Positions 13,104 to 24,493 of a stretch of 64,000 bases of DNA are shown here, piece after piece; position 1 is the stretch's first letter; each line of letters starts with the position of its first letter. The position numbers and the translations under genes were made by a program. The notes beneath the pieces are model-generated. The model searched no databases and was not told the origin of the DNA. It saw only the letters and a list, made by a program, of their open reading frames with translations. The DNA comes from Curvularia clavata (taxonomy: Eukaryota): positions 744,001 to 808,000 of the forward strand of contig CP089274.1 of NCBI GenBank assembly GCA_023920165.1. Direction: 5' to 3'.

Positions 13104-13926
13104 ATGGCTCGTCTACAGCGAACTCAACAACAGCCGGGGACGTATACCTACGAGCAGCTACCTGGCTTGATGGTCGCGGCAGATGAAGCGTTGTTTCCCC
13201 AACTGTTTGCCGCAGCAGACTTCGTGGCTCAGATGCTTCAAGCTAATGGAATTCCCTATGCCTTTATGGGCGGATTTGCGCTCAAGCTTCGAGGAAGCAC
13301 TCGTGATACTCATGACGTTGATGTTACCGTCGAATGTACGATGCTGCGCCTCATAGAGGTTCTTTCCGGGCAACCCAGGTACGTAAACCATTAATTCTCT
13401 ATGCTGTTCAATGAATAATAGAAATTCTAGGATCCTTCGTCCTGCTGGACCCACGCCCGGCGTTATGAGAGTTTTCGTTCTGGTTGGCGGGCAATTCGAT
13501 CCCGGTGTTCCAGAGCTCTGGGTGGTCGTCGACATGATCATTGGCGGTAAGTTTTACTTTTCCTTTCTTTGCGGGTACCTATACAGCTTAGACTGATATC
13601 CTTCTCATACAGGCTCCCTTGGCGCCCCCGACCACCCCCAAACCTCGTTGGAAGTTGTGGACTACAACACGGACATGGTACAAAAGCAGTTTCCTGTCAT
13701 CGACCTTCTAAGTTCAATGGCTAGCAAACTGGGTGCATTTTATTCGAGGCAAGGGCCAAACGACTATAGAGATCTCACGTTTCTCATCACGAAGTACCCT
13801 GAACAGGTCTTTGCAATCAGAAACCAACTCAACGCAACACAGCGCCAGTATTTCGTTGCCGCTTTTGCAAGGACGAATACTGATAACGCTATCATACGCG
13901 TTAAACATGCTCTCGGCATAGTTTAG
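13104..13926 (+). CDS. Pol-beta-superfamily nucleotidyltransferase, AbiEii/MenT-like; exons 13104-13378, 13431-13546, 13613-13926
   Basis: Two canonical introns join three ORFs in frame (about 234 aa). Motifs YAFMGGFAL, RDTHDVDV, a candidate third acid in VVVDMI, SKLGAFYSR and NDYRDL. Confidence 0.75.
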
Positions 13927-14556
13927 TGCTTGCGAACAAGGCCTATCTACAAGCGCCATTCATAAGCCGGAAGCTAACCGACGATGGCAAAAGATATCTT
14001 TCTGTAAAGATACAGAGTATCGTGCATGGTGTAACTGTCACTTTTTTAATCTTTTCATCTGCGGTGATAGGAAGGGGCTTTTTTTCGCATAGGTTTTGTG
14101 ACAAAGAAGCTTCCCTGAATTTTCCTATAGGCCTCTTCGATCAGGTAAGGCTGCCCAATAGAAATAGGTAATAGCTTAGAGAAATACAATTATAGAACAC
14201 GATAGAATCCTCGGTATTGTGTCGCCATGGTGGGAATTCCATGGATTGCTTGCAAATAGCCAACGGACTGGTGCCTTGTATTTGCCTTGTATGTGTACGA
14301 GCGCGGGGCAGTGTAGTGGCGTTTCATGGCGCTTCACTGGTATCTCGAGGAAAGGGACAGCACTCAGGATGACGTGCATCTCTCTGCCTGCATGCTAATA
14401 CTCCTAATCAAAACTGTGTCAAACTTAGCTGCTGTAAAGTATTATGTCAACACTTGAATTATGTCGGTCATCGACCGGCCGTTGTTTTAGTGTAGGCAGT
14501 GATAATGCTGAACTACTGTGACAATTCTACATCGCTAATATGTCTACCCCCGCACC

Positions 14557-15467
14557 TTACACGTGGTACCTTTCTCTGGACCGTGGATCAGGGGACCCTC
14601 GAGCACGAAACCGCGTGGCGAAATATTCCTCAGGTAATTCCGCCCCAAGTCGACGCGTTTTGGTATGAACAATAGTATTCCAGGACTCCCTAAGATTGAC
14701 GGGTTTGGCTCCAAGTTCCATGAGACACGAATATGGGGAAAACGGAATTGAAGCTCGTATCTTCTCATTTTTTCGCAGCGTCCATGCTAAATCATTTTCG
14801 GCGTCGAGTTTTAAATACTCCGAGCCCCATTGTTCAGTTAAGTCCATGCCATCTACAAGATCTGTGAGTGCGACCATGTCGTTGGTGTCGAGAAGACTTT
14901 GTGCGAACATCTCTAGAGTCGGATATGGGAGGCCCATTTGGCTACGCTCAATATTTTCGGGTATGCAGTCAATATGCGCGTCATCTGAGGGAATCAAGGT
15001 AAAGCACAGCGCCTTGCCTACGACTTTGAACCGTGGGAATGTGTGGAGTAGTGACCACAGCTCGGGGGGACGAGGCGGATAGGTTTCGTAAGAGTGGGCT
15101 GAATCCAGAAGTGCAGAGGCTTTTCCGAGCTTTTCTGTGGGCACGCATACCTCCCAGTCCTATTGATCCAGGTCAGTAGTGCAATGATAGAAACAATACA
15201 GACAACGCATCACTCTTTCAAGCTTACCCTACGTCCTCTCCCGGCGCCGTAGTAGATCAGAGCAGAGATACCCACCACACAACAAGTGATGCCAGCGCTT
15301 TCCAGTAACCGCGTCACTTCTAACATCTCCAAAGTACCGTGTCCAAAACTTGGCAACTCATCGTCATGGCTTCTATTCAGACAAGCGGGGTCATTGTAAT
15401 GCTGAATGGAGATTGGTTCAGAAAACGACATTTGGTGGTGCTGCACCTCCGCTGCGTTATGTTCCAT
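14557..15467 (-). CDS. Uncharacterised protein with a degenerate nucleotidyltransferase-like N-terminal motif; exons 15467-15228, 15159-14557
   Basis: A phase-0 intron at 15160-15227 (GTAAGC...CTGAC...TAG) joins two ORFs (about 280 aa), giving LESAGITCCVVGISALIYYGAGRGRR|DWEVCVP. Confidence 0.7.
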
Positions 15468-16269
15468 CGTCAAATTTTGTACACTGGTTGGGAATTTGAA
15501 GGAAAGCTGGGTTTATGATAGTCCGAAGGGGCTAGCACACGTGCGGGCGCTTGTCCAAGAGCTAAGGCGTTCGACCGCAGATATGAGGATGCAGTTAGCA
15601 ATGACGCACTGATACCACAGGTGAGAAGCGCATGTGCTGCAGTGTAGCGGATTTTGCTGTCGCACTCTGATGAGAAGATGTTACGTCTGCCGACCGTGCA
15701 ACCGCAGTTGTGTATATAGGCTTTGGCGAGGATGCAGGGCTGTTTGCTAGTAGTGCAGGTGGCCCGCCCATGTGCCGCCGCCCTATGGCGGACTAGTAGC
15801 AGGTGGGCCTCCATTCACTACACCTTGCCAAGGAATCGGCATGCATAACCCCGACATCGCTGACAATCAGGCTCTTCCTGCAGATGGGTTGTTAAATTTT
15901 TTCTTTATATGGCTGCGTGGAAATCTTAGTACAGAACTCAAGTCCAAGGGCAGTCTAATTACTCTAAGAACCAAAAGTTGCTTTCGTTCCAGCACACTTA
16001 GCCACTCTCCATGAAAGCCATATTCCATTCAAGCAGAATAGTTGCAAGAGTCGGCATGTTCCCTTGCGCGATTTCATACAACAGGATGCCAATCAAGAAA
16101 TTTCTACTGCTTTTAATATTTTAATAACCAATAAGGCGACGACCGCAAGCCCATTGCACAGATATGGAGCGCAACCGTGGTTTAGAGCGGGGAGATTTCT
16201 TTGACCAGTTTACTTCGAATCATAAAGAGCCTTCCTTTGCCGCGTACTCATACCACTGCAACCACAACA

Positions 16270-16902
16270 ATGGCTTCTACAAACCCACCATCACTAGTGC
16301 TACAAGAAGACACGATCAAACGCGTCCAAGCACGCGACCGGTCCCTCATCGGCGACGAACAGAACGGAACAAGACTTATCTCACGAAGTCTTTTAGAATC
16401 ATCTCCAGAGTCTTCAATATCGACCGTCTCAATCCCAGTCAATATGTATTCCCCGCAGACGTACGAGTGCATAGGACTCACGCCCACGATGGCGAAACTG
16501 ATCTATGACGACGGAGAAAATATCCGACATGACATACTAGAGAAGTACGGAGAAGGCGCTGACTTTGGTGAATTTAGTTTTGAGGAGTACATGATCAACA
16601 GGGTGATTCAAATTTGCGAAGAAGTGCTGGCAGCCGGAGACGGAGAGAACTGGTTCGAAGCGATGACAGCGGCTGGTATCAAACAAGAACTCCAAGATTC
16701 TATCATGGATGAAGATTTTGCGGACATTCGTGGTATGCAGTGTCTTGAAGTGTGGCTTGACGAAATCTTTAGCGCCTACTTCCGTACGTTCAAAAATTTG
16801 GACAAACGCATTTCAGCTTGGGAAAAAGATGTCTTCTCAGAGATTCCCCTAAAGGGAGGAGCAGCAGGAAAGAACAAAGAGACAGCGACACCGTCTTCAT
16901 GA
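16270..16902 (+). CDS. Hypothetical acidic protein (about 210 aa), possibly C-terminally truncated
   Basis: Good start context (acaacaATGG) and a protein-like, acidic, helical-looking ORF. No motif identified with certainty. Confidence 0.6.
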   Translation: MASTNPPSLVLQEDTIKRVQARDRSLIGDEQNGTRLISRSLLESSPESSISTVSIPVNMYSPQTYECIGLTPTMAKLIYDDGENIRHDILEKYGEGADFGEFSFEEYMINRVIQICEEVLAAGDGENWFEAMTAAGIKQELQDSIMDEDFADIRGMQCLEVWLDEIFSAYFRTFKNLDKRISAWEKDVFSEIPLKGGAAGKNKETATPSS

Positions 16903-18493
16903 TATAAGGCTTTGTTCTAGTGCGCCTATTCCATACAGCATCGAATATCTTTCGTTGGAATCTGGCCGAAGAGAAGGAAGGACATTCTACGGTTTCCCTT
17001 GGCTGCGTTGCATGTAAAAACACAGTAACCAGATCTTTTACAGGCCTTGTACAACGCAGGAACAGTTCAACTCTACAAAAATGTAATATCAATGAATTGA
17101 GACTGAGAATCTAATCAAGAGAGTGAAAGTACATGAACATGGAGTTTCTAAGCTGAAGATTGTCATGGAATACATGTAGCGCGATGTGGGTGCTGCAGGG
17201 TTCCGTGAGTGAGAGATTTCTCCGATCGCAATGCCGGAACTAGAAGCTTACTGAGGAGCCTGGAGCTGACAGTTATACAATGGAAAGGGTGTGAGAGCGG
17301 CTGGTCAGTTAGTATATTTTCCCATCTCTGAGTGTGCGGCAAAACTACGCTCTACACTCCATAGTCACCCTGGACAATTCATAGTTTGTGTTCAACGCTC
17401 AAATTAAATGGATGTTATATCAGCTGTGGTCAACTCATTTAAATTCACGCTGAACAGCGCCACTGCAAATGGAACTATCTCACTAAACTGAGTTTGATGC
17501 TGTCAAAGACACCTTGTATCATGATAGATCTCACAATATTGTCTACCGCTCATACTAAAGATCAATTTTGGTACAGCTAAGCAGATAACGTGCTCGCCAA
17601 AGCATCGAGCCGTCTATTTACTTGTTGTCATATAGGCAAGGTAGCGAAGACTTCAGAAATACAACTGCTTCTTTATTGATAGTCGCAGAATGCAGAAAGG
17701 ATATCTCGTTGCCGCAAATACACCACAGAAACAGCAACTCCTCCGCTCACAGGTCCTAGCTCTCTCGCATTTGACGCTGAGGCATCTGAGCGTCCACGAT
17801 ACCACCACATGATGGCGCGTCAAACACCCCCTTGCTGTGTTGCTCGGATCCGCTTGCGTACATACACGCATCTGCAGATAACCTCCGAATGACGCGGTGA
17901 ACTTGATGACGGGGATCTGCATATAACAAAGACCCCAGACTTAACACTCTCCGAGTCGGAAAGTTAGGCTGTCGCCCGCTCCAGAGTCGCGGATTCGCTC
18001 CGATACGTGGCTGATATAGCAAGGATGTGGGAATTATTGTAGCTTCTAGAGCCACTGATAATACCAAGTGTGTGTTTGGGGTTTGTTGCGATCTTGCGGT
18101 GCAAGCAGAAGAGATGAGAAAGCCCACTGGGGAGATCAGGTGTTCATGATAGGCAGATTTGCAAAAAGCCAGATCGGAGATCCGATTAATTCATCTCGGG
18201 GTTGGACTCAGTGTGAGACAGGATCTGAGCCACCACGATGCGTTTTGTTAGGACCGAAAGACAGGGGCGGCGCATGACGACTGGTACCCCGCAGGATATA
18301 CCTGGTCATCGGACTGTACCCTTGCCTCAGCCAAGGGAAAGACGTTACATCAGCTGAGCGGAATTGAGAAGACTGCTCTTGGCTAAGATTCGATCACCGC
18401 CAAGCGAGGGGACAACGCAAGCTGACTGATATCTGACCGAACACAAGTTCTCATCTACCAAAGTCGATCTGTTTTACATTTTCTTCTAGCGCA

Positions 18494-19451
18494 TCATCTT
18501 ACGAACGCACCGCCTCCGCTGGCCCCAAGTTGGTTACCCGTCATCCACCCACTCTCTGGCAAACAAGCGATCCCGACGATCCCAGCCACCTCTTCCAAGG
18601 TACCCGGCCTGCCGCCAATCTCACCTGCCAAGCGGAGCATATCTTCGGTGTCTACACCGGGGCGCTCCCTCGCCAGCGGGATCAACGCGTTGTACATCTT
18701 CAGTGCTTCCCTAGGGGCGTCAGGTAGTCCGTTGAGCAGACCAGTGTCCATGGGGCCTGGAGAGACACTGTTAACAGTGCAGCGCTCAGCAAGCTCACGC
18801 GCCCAGACGCGTGTCATGGCTTCAATAGCACCCTTGGTACCAGCATAGGAGGTCTGCTGGATGAGACCCCATGTCGTCGTTGCAGAGGAAATGTTGACGA
18901 TTCTGCCCGATCGATCATGAGGAAGGTAAGGGAACGCAGCCTTGATAAGCAGCGCAGGGGCTTTGCAGTTCAAGTTGAAGGTTTGATCCCACAGCTCTAC
19001 ATCTAGCTCTTGAATCGGCTGGGCATTGACGACTGCTGCATTGTTGATGATGATGTCGATCTGGAAGCTGGGGGTTGCAGAGGGGTTGGTGAAGTGCTGC
19101 TTTGCGGCCTCGACAAGGGCAGCTGGAGCCGAGGGGTCGAGCAAGTCCGCGCGCACAGGCAGCGCTCTCACGTTGTATGTCTTGGATAGATGAGCTGCCA
19201 GATCGGCGGCTGTCTTGTCCGAAGACGAAGTTGCGTAGTTGATCACCACGTTTGCGCCGCGCGAGGCAAGATGAGTTGCTACTGCTGCGCCGAAACCTAA
19301 AAGTGAAGGAAACTTATGTCAGTGCTTGGTCTCACGATAGACGTTTTCATAGAGCGAAAGGCATCGTCGACTTCGCGGGCAAGCAATACTCACTCCTTGA
19401 AGCTCCAGTGACAATGGCAAGTTTGCCGTCCAAAACCCTTGCTGGTGCCAT
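18494..19451 (-). CDS. Classical short-chain dehydrogenase/reductase (FabG-like); intron 19297-19393
   Basis: After splicing it reads LDGKLAIVTGASRSFG, followed by IIINNAA, GRIVNISS, catalytic YAGTK and VNSVSPGPMDT. Confidence 0.9.
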
Positions 19452-20920
19452 TTTCAACGTCTGTTCTCTACTAAGCCTGCTTTAGGAATCGACTGGATTT
19501 GGTCTCAATGTTCAAGATCTGATCTGTGATTTTGGATATGGAAGATAGAGAGAGCAGCACGAGACGAGCCGTTATGTAGTATCGGACCTATCTTGCAACG
19601 CTGGCATTTCGCAGTATCAACCTCCGCTCGACTAGCTCAGCCAGCGCTATAGCGGGGAACCCTTGACTTGGTAAAACCGTTGGCCAGAGACTACGGTCTG
19701 ATTAGTCCAACCCCGTTGTGGATTCTTACGTCCGGTGTCGCCTCGATCGAGCGGTGAAGATCGTTATTTCATTTCAACGGAGCCGCAAGTGGGGATGATT
19801 GACCGAGGAAGCGCCAGACATCGGATGAGGCTATCAGGAGTCAAGGATGGAAGTGCAGTAATTGGCTGGAATGTTTTATACAGAGAGGACTCCAAATCTC
19901 GCAAAAAACTAAGAATAGTTGGCCCATGAAGTTGTTAGTATAACACAAGAAATATAGGGGATTGAGAAATGCACATTCCTGCGGGATTCTTAGTGGGTTA
20001 TGTAACATGTGTGTACAACCTTGTAATTACTCGGCAATGGGTGCTGTCACTTGGCTTTAGCCGACAGGCTGGGACTTGGATATCCCTTTTTGCCATGTCA
20101 AACACAACCTTGCGCGAGTACGTATGCTCATTCGGGGGCATGCAAGACATTGTGCATCTCGAAACGAGCAGCTCCTGGAAGAGTGCACACACTCTACCGT
20201 ACAAGGCGCAACGGTTCATCCTCCTGGCGAACGCCCATCCAGAGTAGTCTTATTAACCGCCGGGAACTTTATAACAATCCTAATGATTTTGTTTAATCCC
20301 ATGTTACCATGTATGTACGATTCATAGTCCCCCAAGAGGCAAGCGAAAGGCACACCTTCCAGTTATGCAAGCTAGAGACGGGACGGGACCCCCTCTATTG
20401 GCTAGGAACTGTTTGCTAATGCGATACGGAAAATTCTTCTTGTGGTGAGGCTCGTTTCATATGAGATATCCACCGTAAAGTGGGCCGGGGAGGGATGCCG
20501 CCGCGCGAGGTGCCGGCACTACCGGTGCGGTAGTGGCTCAGTCTAATGCGCATCCCGTGCCGGGCCCCTAGCTGGCCATCGTCGTCAATCCTAAACCTCA
20601 TCGGCTTAACTCCGGGTCCTGTGATCGGCACAAAAGACAGACTTGTGACTAACAAGCCGCGACGTTGGTGTACCAGGGCTGTGGAAGCGAGACGTAGAAG
20701 ACATGCCAGGCCGAATATGGTATGTAGAGGGCATCGATGGATGGCTGGACACGGGTATCCCCTTTGGCTTCCCGTTAACATCTCCCTGCATCCTTTTATT
20801 TCTCCACGCACCCCACGGATCCATAAGACTAGTCCACTCAGTCCTCGCGGTTTAGAAAACAGTTGGCTGGCCATCTGCGACTTCATTGAACCTTGAGGAC
20901 TGTAGACCGACACAGACATC

Positions 20921-22419
20921 ATGGCGCCAACATCTTATCCTATGGCTCTGGCGGTCTTGATACCTCTGCCCTTTGATATAATTTCTACTGTGCTACGTTT
21001 TTGGATACGATACAAGAGAAACGCGTGGGGACCTGATGACTGGGCCATGCTGATCAACATTGTAAGAATTCTGGATCTGCGTCTACTGTATGACTTCACT
21101 GACACCGATTCAGCCGTTCTGGAGTGTGAGCACAATCGCGACCATTGGCATGGCATGGAGTGGAATCGGACAGTACGATGCTACACTGACACCATACCAA
21201 TACATGAACTCTCTGCGGGTATGTTTCCCCCCTTTCTTAGAAAGAATTTGTAGTAATCAGTGGGCAGTGGTTCTATGTCTTCCAAGAACCATGGTGTTTC
21301 ACCCTCATCACCATCAAGTGCAGCATCGGCTTTGCCCTTATACGGATTGCCAGTGGCAAGAAATGGATCGAGTATGTCATCTATGCCAGCATGATCTCCT
21401 GCTTCATCGTCATGGGCGGCACAGGCATGTACTTGTTTTTTCAGTGTATGCCAATAGAGTGAGTTCCCCTGAAATCTGTCTGAGAAACAAGACAATCAAT
21501 CGCTGACACTCAAAACAGAAAGAACTGGGACACGAAGGTCGAAGGTTTCTGCCGCGATCGTAGTATCCAAACCGTGCTTTCCTACGCTGTAGCCGTGGTG
21601 TCTATCTCCACAGACTGGATCTTCGCCACCCTGCCCATTTTCCTGCTCTGGGATGTCCAGCTCGACTGGCGCGTCAAAGGCTCCGTGATGGCCATGCTCG
21701 GTCTAGGAATCTTGTAAGTATCCCTAAATAGTGAAACACCTACAGAGAGGATATCTCCTTTATCCCATATATACCAAACACGGGACTCCCAGCTAACTGC
21801 TCTCCCTAGCGCCTCCATCGCCCCCATCGTGCGCCTAAAATATCTCATCGGCCTCAACGACGCTACGCGACTCCTCGAAAACCTCAGCGACATCCTCGCC
21901 TGGGCGACCGCCGAAATGAACGTTGGCATGTTCGTCGCCAACCTACCCGCCTGCCACCCCTTACTCAAACACATTATCGCACGCTTCTCCACCTGGTCCG
22001 GCAGCGGCTCGCGCTCCTACGCCTCTGGCATTTTCGGCGGTGGAAACAAGAAACCGCATGCTCACGGTCCTTCGCACGGCGGTCCGAGCGGTATCACGGA
22101 TTCCAAGAACAAGTGGCTGGAGCTGAATGACCATGGACACCAGAGACCTGATAGCTCGCGTACGCGCAACTATCTTGGGAATAAGAGCAAGGGAACGGGC
22201 GTCGAGACGAAAATCTATGGCGACTTGGATGATTACAACAGCAGTGAGAGTCTGGATCACGCAGACGACGGCAGTCAGAAGCGTATGGTGGCAGGGAAGA
22301 AAGGCAGTTTGGATGGGCTACATGTTAATGTGCAGCGGGACTTTCGCGTCGAGATTACGAATGGCGCGGCGGCACCAAGTAGAGAGGTTGTGTCGAAAAT
22401 ACACGCGGACCATGTTTGA
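20921..22419 (+). CDS. PTH11-like (fungal rhodopsin-domain) integral membrane protein without CFEM; about 4 introns
   Basis: Spliced product contains LRFWIR..WGPDDW, KCSIGFALIRI, QCMPI, TDWIFATLPIFLLWDVQL and WATAEMNVGMFVANLPAC, followed by a hydrophilic tail. Introns begin at 21062, 21219, about 21459 and about 21715. Confidence 0.85.
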
Positions 22420-22594
22420 AGTTTTTTTGGGGAAACATAAGATAGGAGAGTGTGTAACAGGATCGGCTGGTTCGGTCGTCCACATAAAAAAGAAAACCAA
22501 CATGTACTATAGTTAATACAAATATTAAATTTCAGATCTTATTCACATGTTTATCGTTCATTCCATCTCTTCGTACCCCATTGTAGCTAAATTC

Positions 22595-24493
22595 TCAGGT
22601 CCTGGGCGCGCGACCGTTATAGTCTACTCCAGGCGACGCGGTGTAGTTCGCGAAGCAATCATAGTTAAAGTCGATCTCGGCGCTGCGCTTCTTCAGTACC
22701 TCGACAACATGGTCGAACGAGCAAAGGCCGTCTGCGTTTTCAGGACATCCAGAGTAGGATTCGTGCAGAGGGACAACGGCGTCGTTTCTAAACGAACAGA
22801 TTAGCAATCCAATCTTTGATCATTTGGAGAACAGTGAGTTTCAAATAAAGGGGAGAAGATCAACATACACAATAAATCGAATCTGCTTGGTCGGCTGCAT
22901 GACAGGGCACGACAGAACCTGTGTAGTGAAATGGGTGGCAAACGGCACCAATTTGCTAGCCACAAAGGTATTACGGCCCTCGTTCCCCTTGGGACTCAAG
23001 GGGGGTCCTTTGAACAGCGCTGTGAGGTTGAACGCCATGAGCGTGTCGAGAACGACTACCTCGTGCGTTGCGTCCGCGTAGATTGATTGGTCCAGCGGAA
23101 AATACGTCGATGAATTGTCGAATGTTTCATTCAGCGCCGAGTTGGGCTGGGGATATGTGTGCGTGAAGCGAGCAAGGTATTCATCTAGGTAACCTTTTCC
23201 TTGGGCAGCTGACACGGGGGATCCGGGTCCATTGTTGTAGTAGAAAGAGAGGTCGAAGTAGTACTCGTAGTTGAGGAAATCTTGTTCGCTGAAAAGGTCG
23301 CAGAAAGGTGAGTATCCCAGTGCGTGCGTTTCGTACGAGCAGAGTTGCAACATGGAAATGATATCGGATGATGTCAAGTTTATGCCGTAGGCTTGGGATT
23401 GCAGACGCGCAAGGGTGGAGTTGAAGGCGTTGTTAGCGAATGCAGAGGCTACGGTGCTTCCGATACTGCCGCGACTCGCGACGTTGGAGTTGGTGCAGAT
23501 TTCATATGGAGCGCCAGAGTTGTTGACGCCCTTTGCTTCAACGATTATCTCGATGTTGACTTGGTCTAGGTATTCGGGTACACCAAAGAAACCAGCAGCA
23601 AAGTTCTCTGCAGTATGAACCATACGGTCCTGGCTTTCGGTTCTGAACACCGGGATCTTTCCAGTTTGGGTGAAGTTGTTGAGGAGATGGCCATAGAGCT
23701 GACGATACTCGACTCCCAGCATAAAGTTTTCGCTGCGGCCAGATGGGGTAAGAAGCTCAGCGCCGAGCTTGTACCTCCAGTTGCTCAGGAAGGCGAGTTC
23801 TCCAGAAAATGACAGGCCATTCTTGGTAGCGTTGGCAAGTTTTCCAGCGAATTTCGCTGGTGCTGCGTCGCTGGTAGGATACCTGGCTCCATGGCGGTAC
23901 AAAAGGTGCATTTGCGTAATTTCACATCCATCTGGGATCAGAGGACTGGCATTGGGCAAACCATAGTCGGAGCTGCGAACAGAGTACCAAGGACTGAGAT
24001 TGCCCCAGTACTTTGCAATGTCGAAGTCAGGGGATTGGGAGCCGCTTCCATGTGGTTGGGGTTTGATGAGCGGCCAGGAAAATGCGGGTTCGTCATTGTA
24101 CGGATAGGCTGGTGCGGTCTGGATTGCATTGGGCTCTACTCCAGTCGGTGTTGCTAGAAAACATGTGTCAATTTGAAGTGTTCCGGATGCTCCTTTTGCG
24201 GCTGGTGGTCCCAGCAAAGCCAATGGTGTGTACGAAAGATGTACTTACGTCCAGGGAACCCAACTACCGACTCTGGTGGAAAAAGCGAAGAATTGACCTC
24301 AGCTACAAAAGCTCGTCATTAGTATCGTGACCTTAAGCGCGTCGAGAAACTTACTCCCAGCAGGCGGATACACATCCATCGTACTCCTTCCAACATCCTC
24401 GGCAGCCGAAAACGTCGAGGTCGCCTGCGGTGCCGCGCCAACACTCCCAACCGCCACAGCAACAATGCCCGCTTTACTAATCTGCAACTTCAT
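22595..24493 (-). CDS. Secreted histidine acid phosphatase / phytase; 3 introns
   Basis: Signal-peptide-like MKLQISKAGIVAVAVGSVGA, catalytic RHGARYP, proton-donor motif YADATHE and C-terminal NDAVVPL...CP...GLC. Exons are joined by canonical introns. Confidence 0.9.

Noticed and set aside
8965..13200. Amyloid signalling motif linking the NLR to its neighbour
   Set aside because: There is no HET-s-like, PP/RHIM-like or sigma-like G/N/Q-rich motif at the NLR N-terminus or at either end of the adjacent NTase. The short QQQPG stretch is insufficient.
17653..17922. Cys-rich 89-aa minus-strand ORF as a small secreted effector
   Set aside because: It has no convincing hydrophobic signal peptide or recognisable Cys pattern and is consistent with a chance ORF.
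8200..18400. NLR block as a Starship or other mobile element
   Set aside because: I see no tyrosine-recombinase captain, transposase, terminal inverted repeats or target-site duplication. It could still be an old remnant, but the sequence does not support that call.
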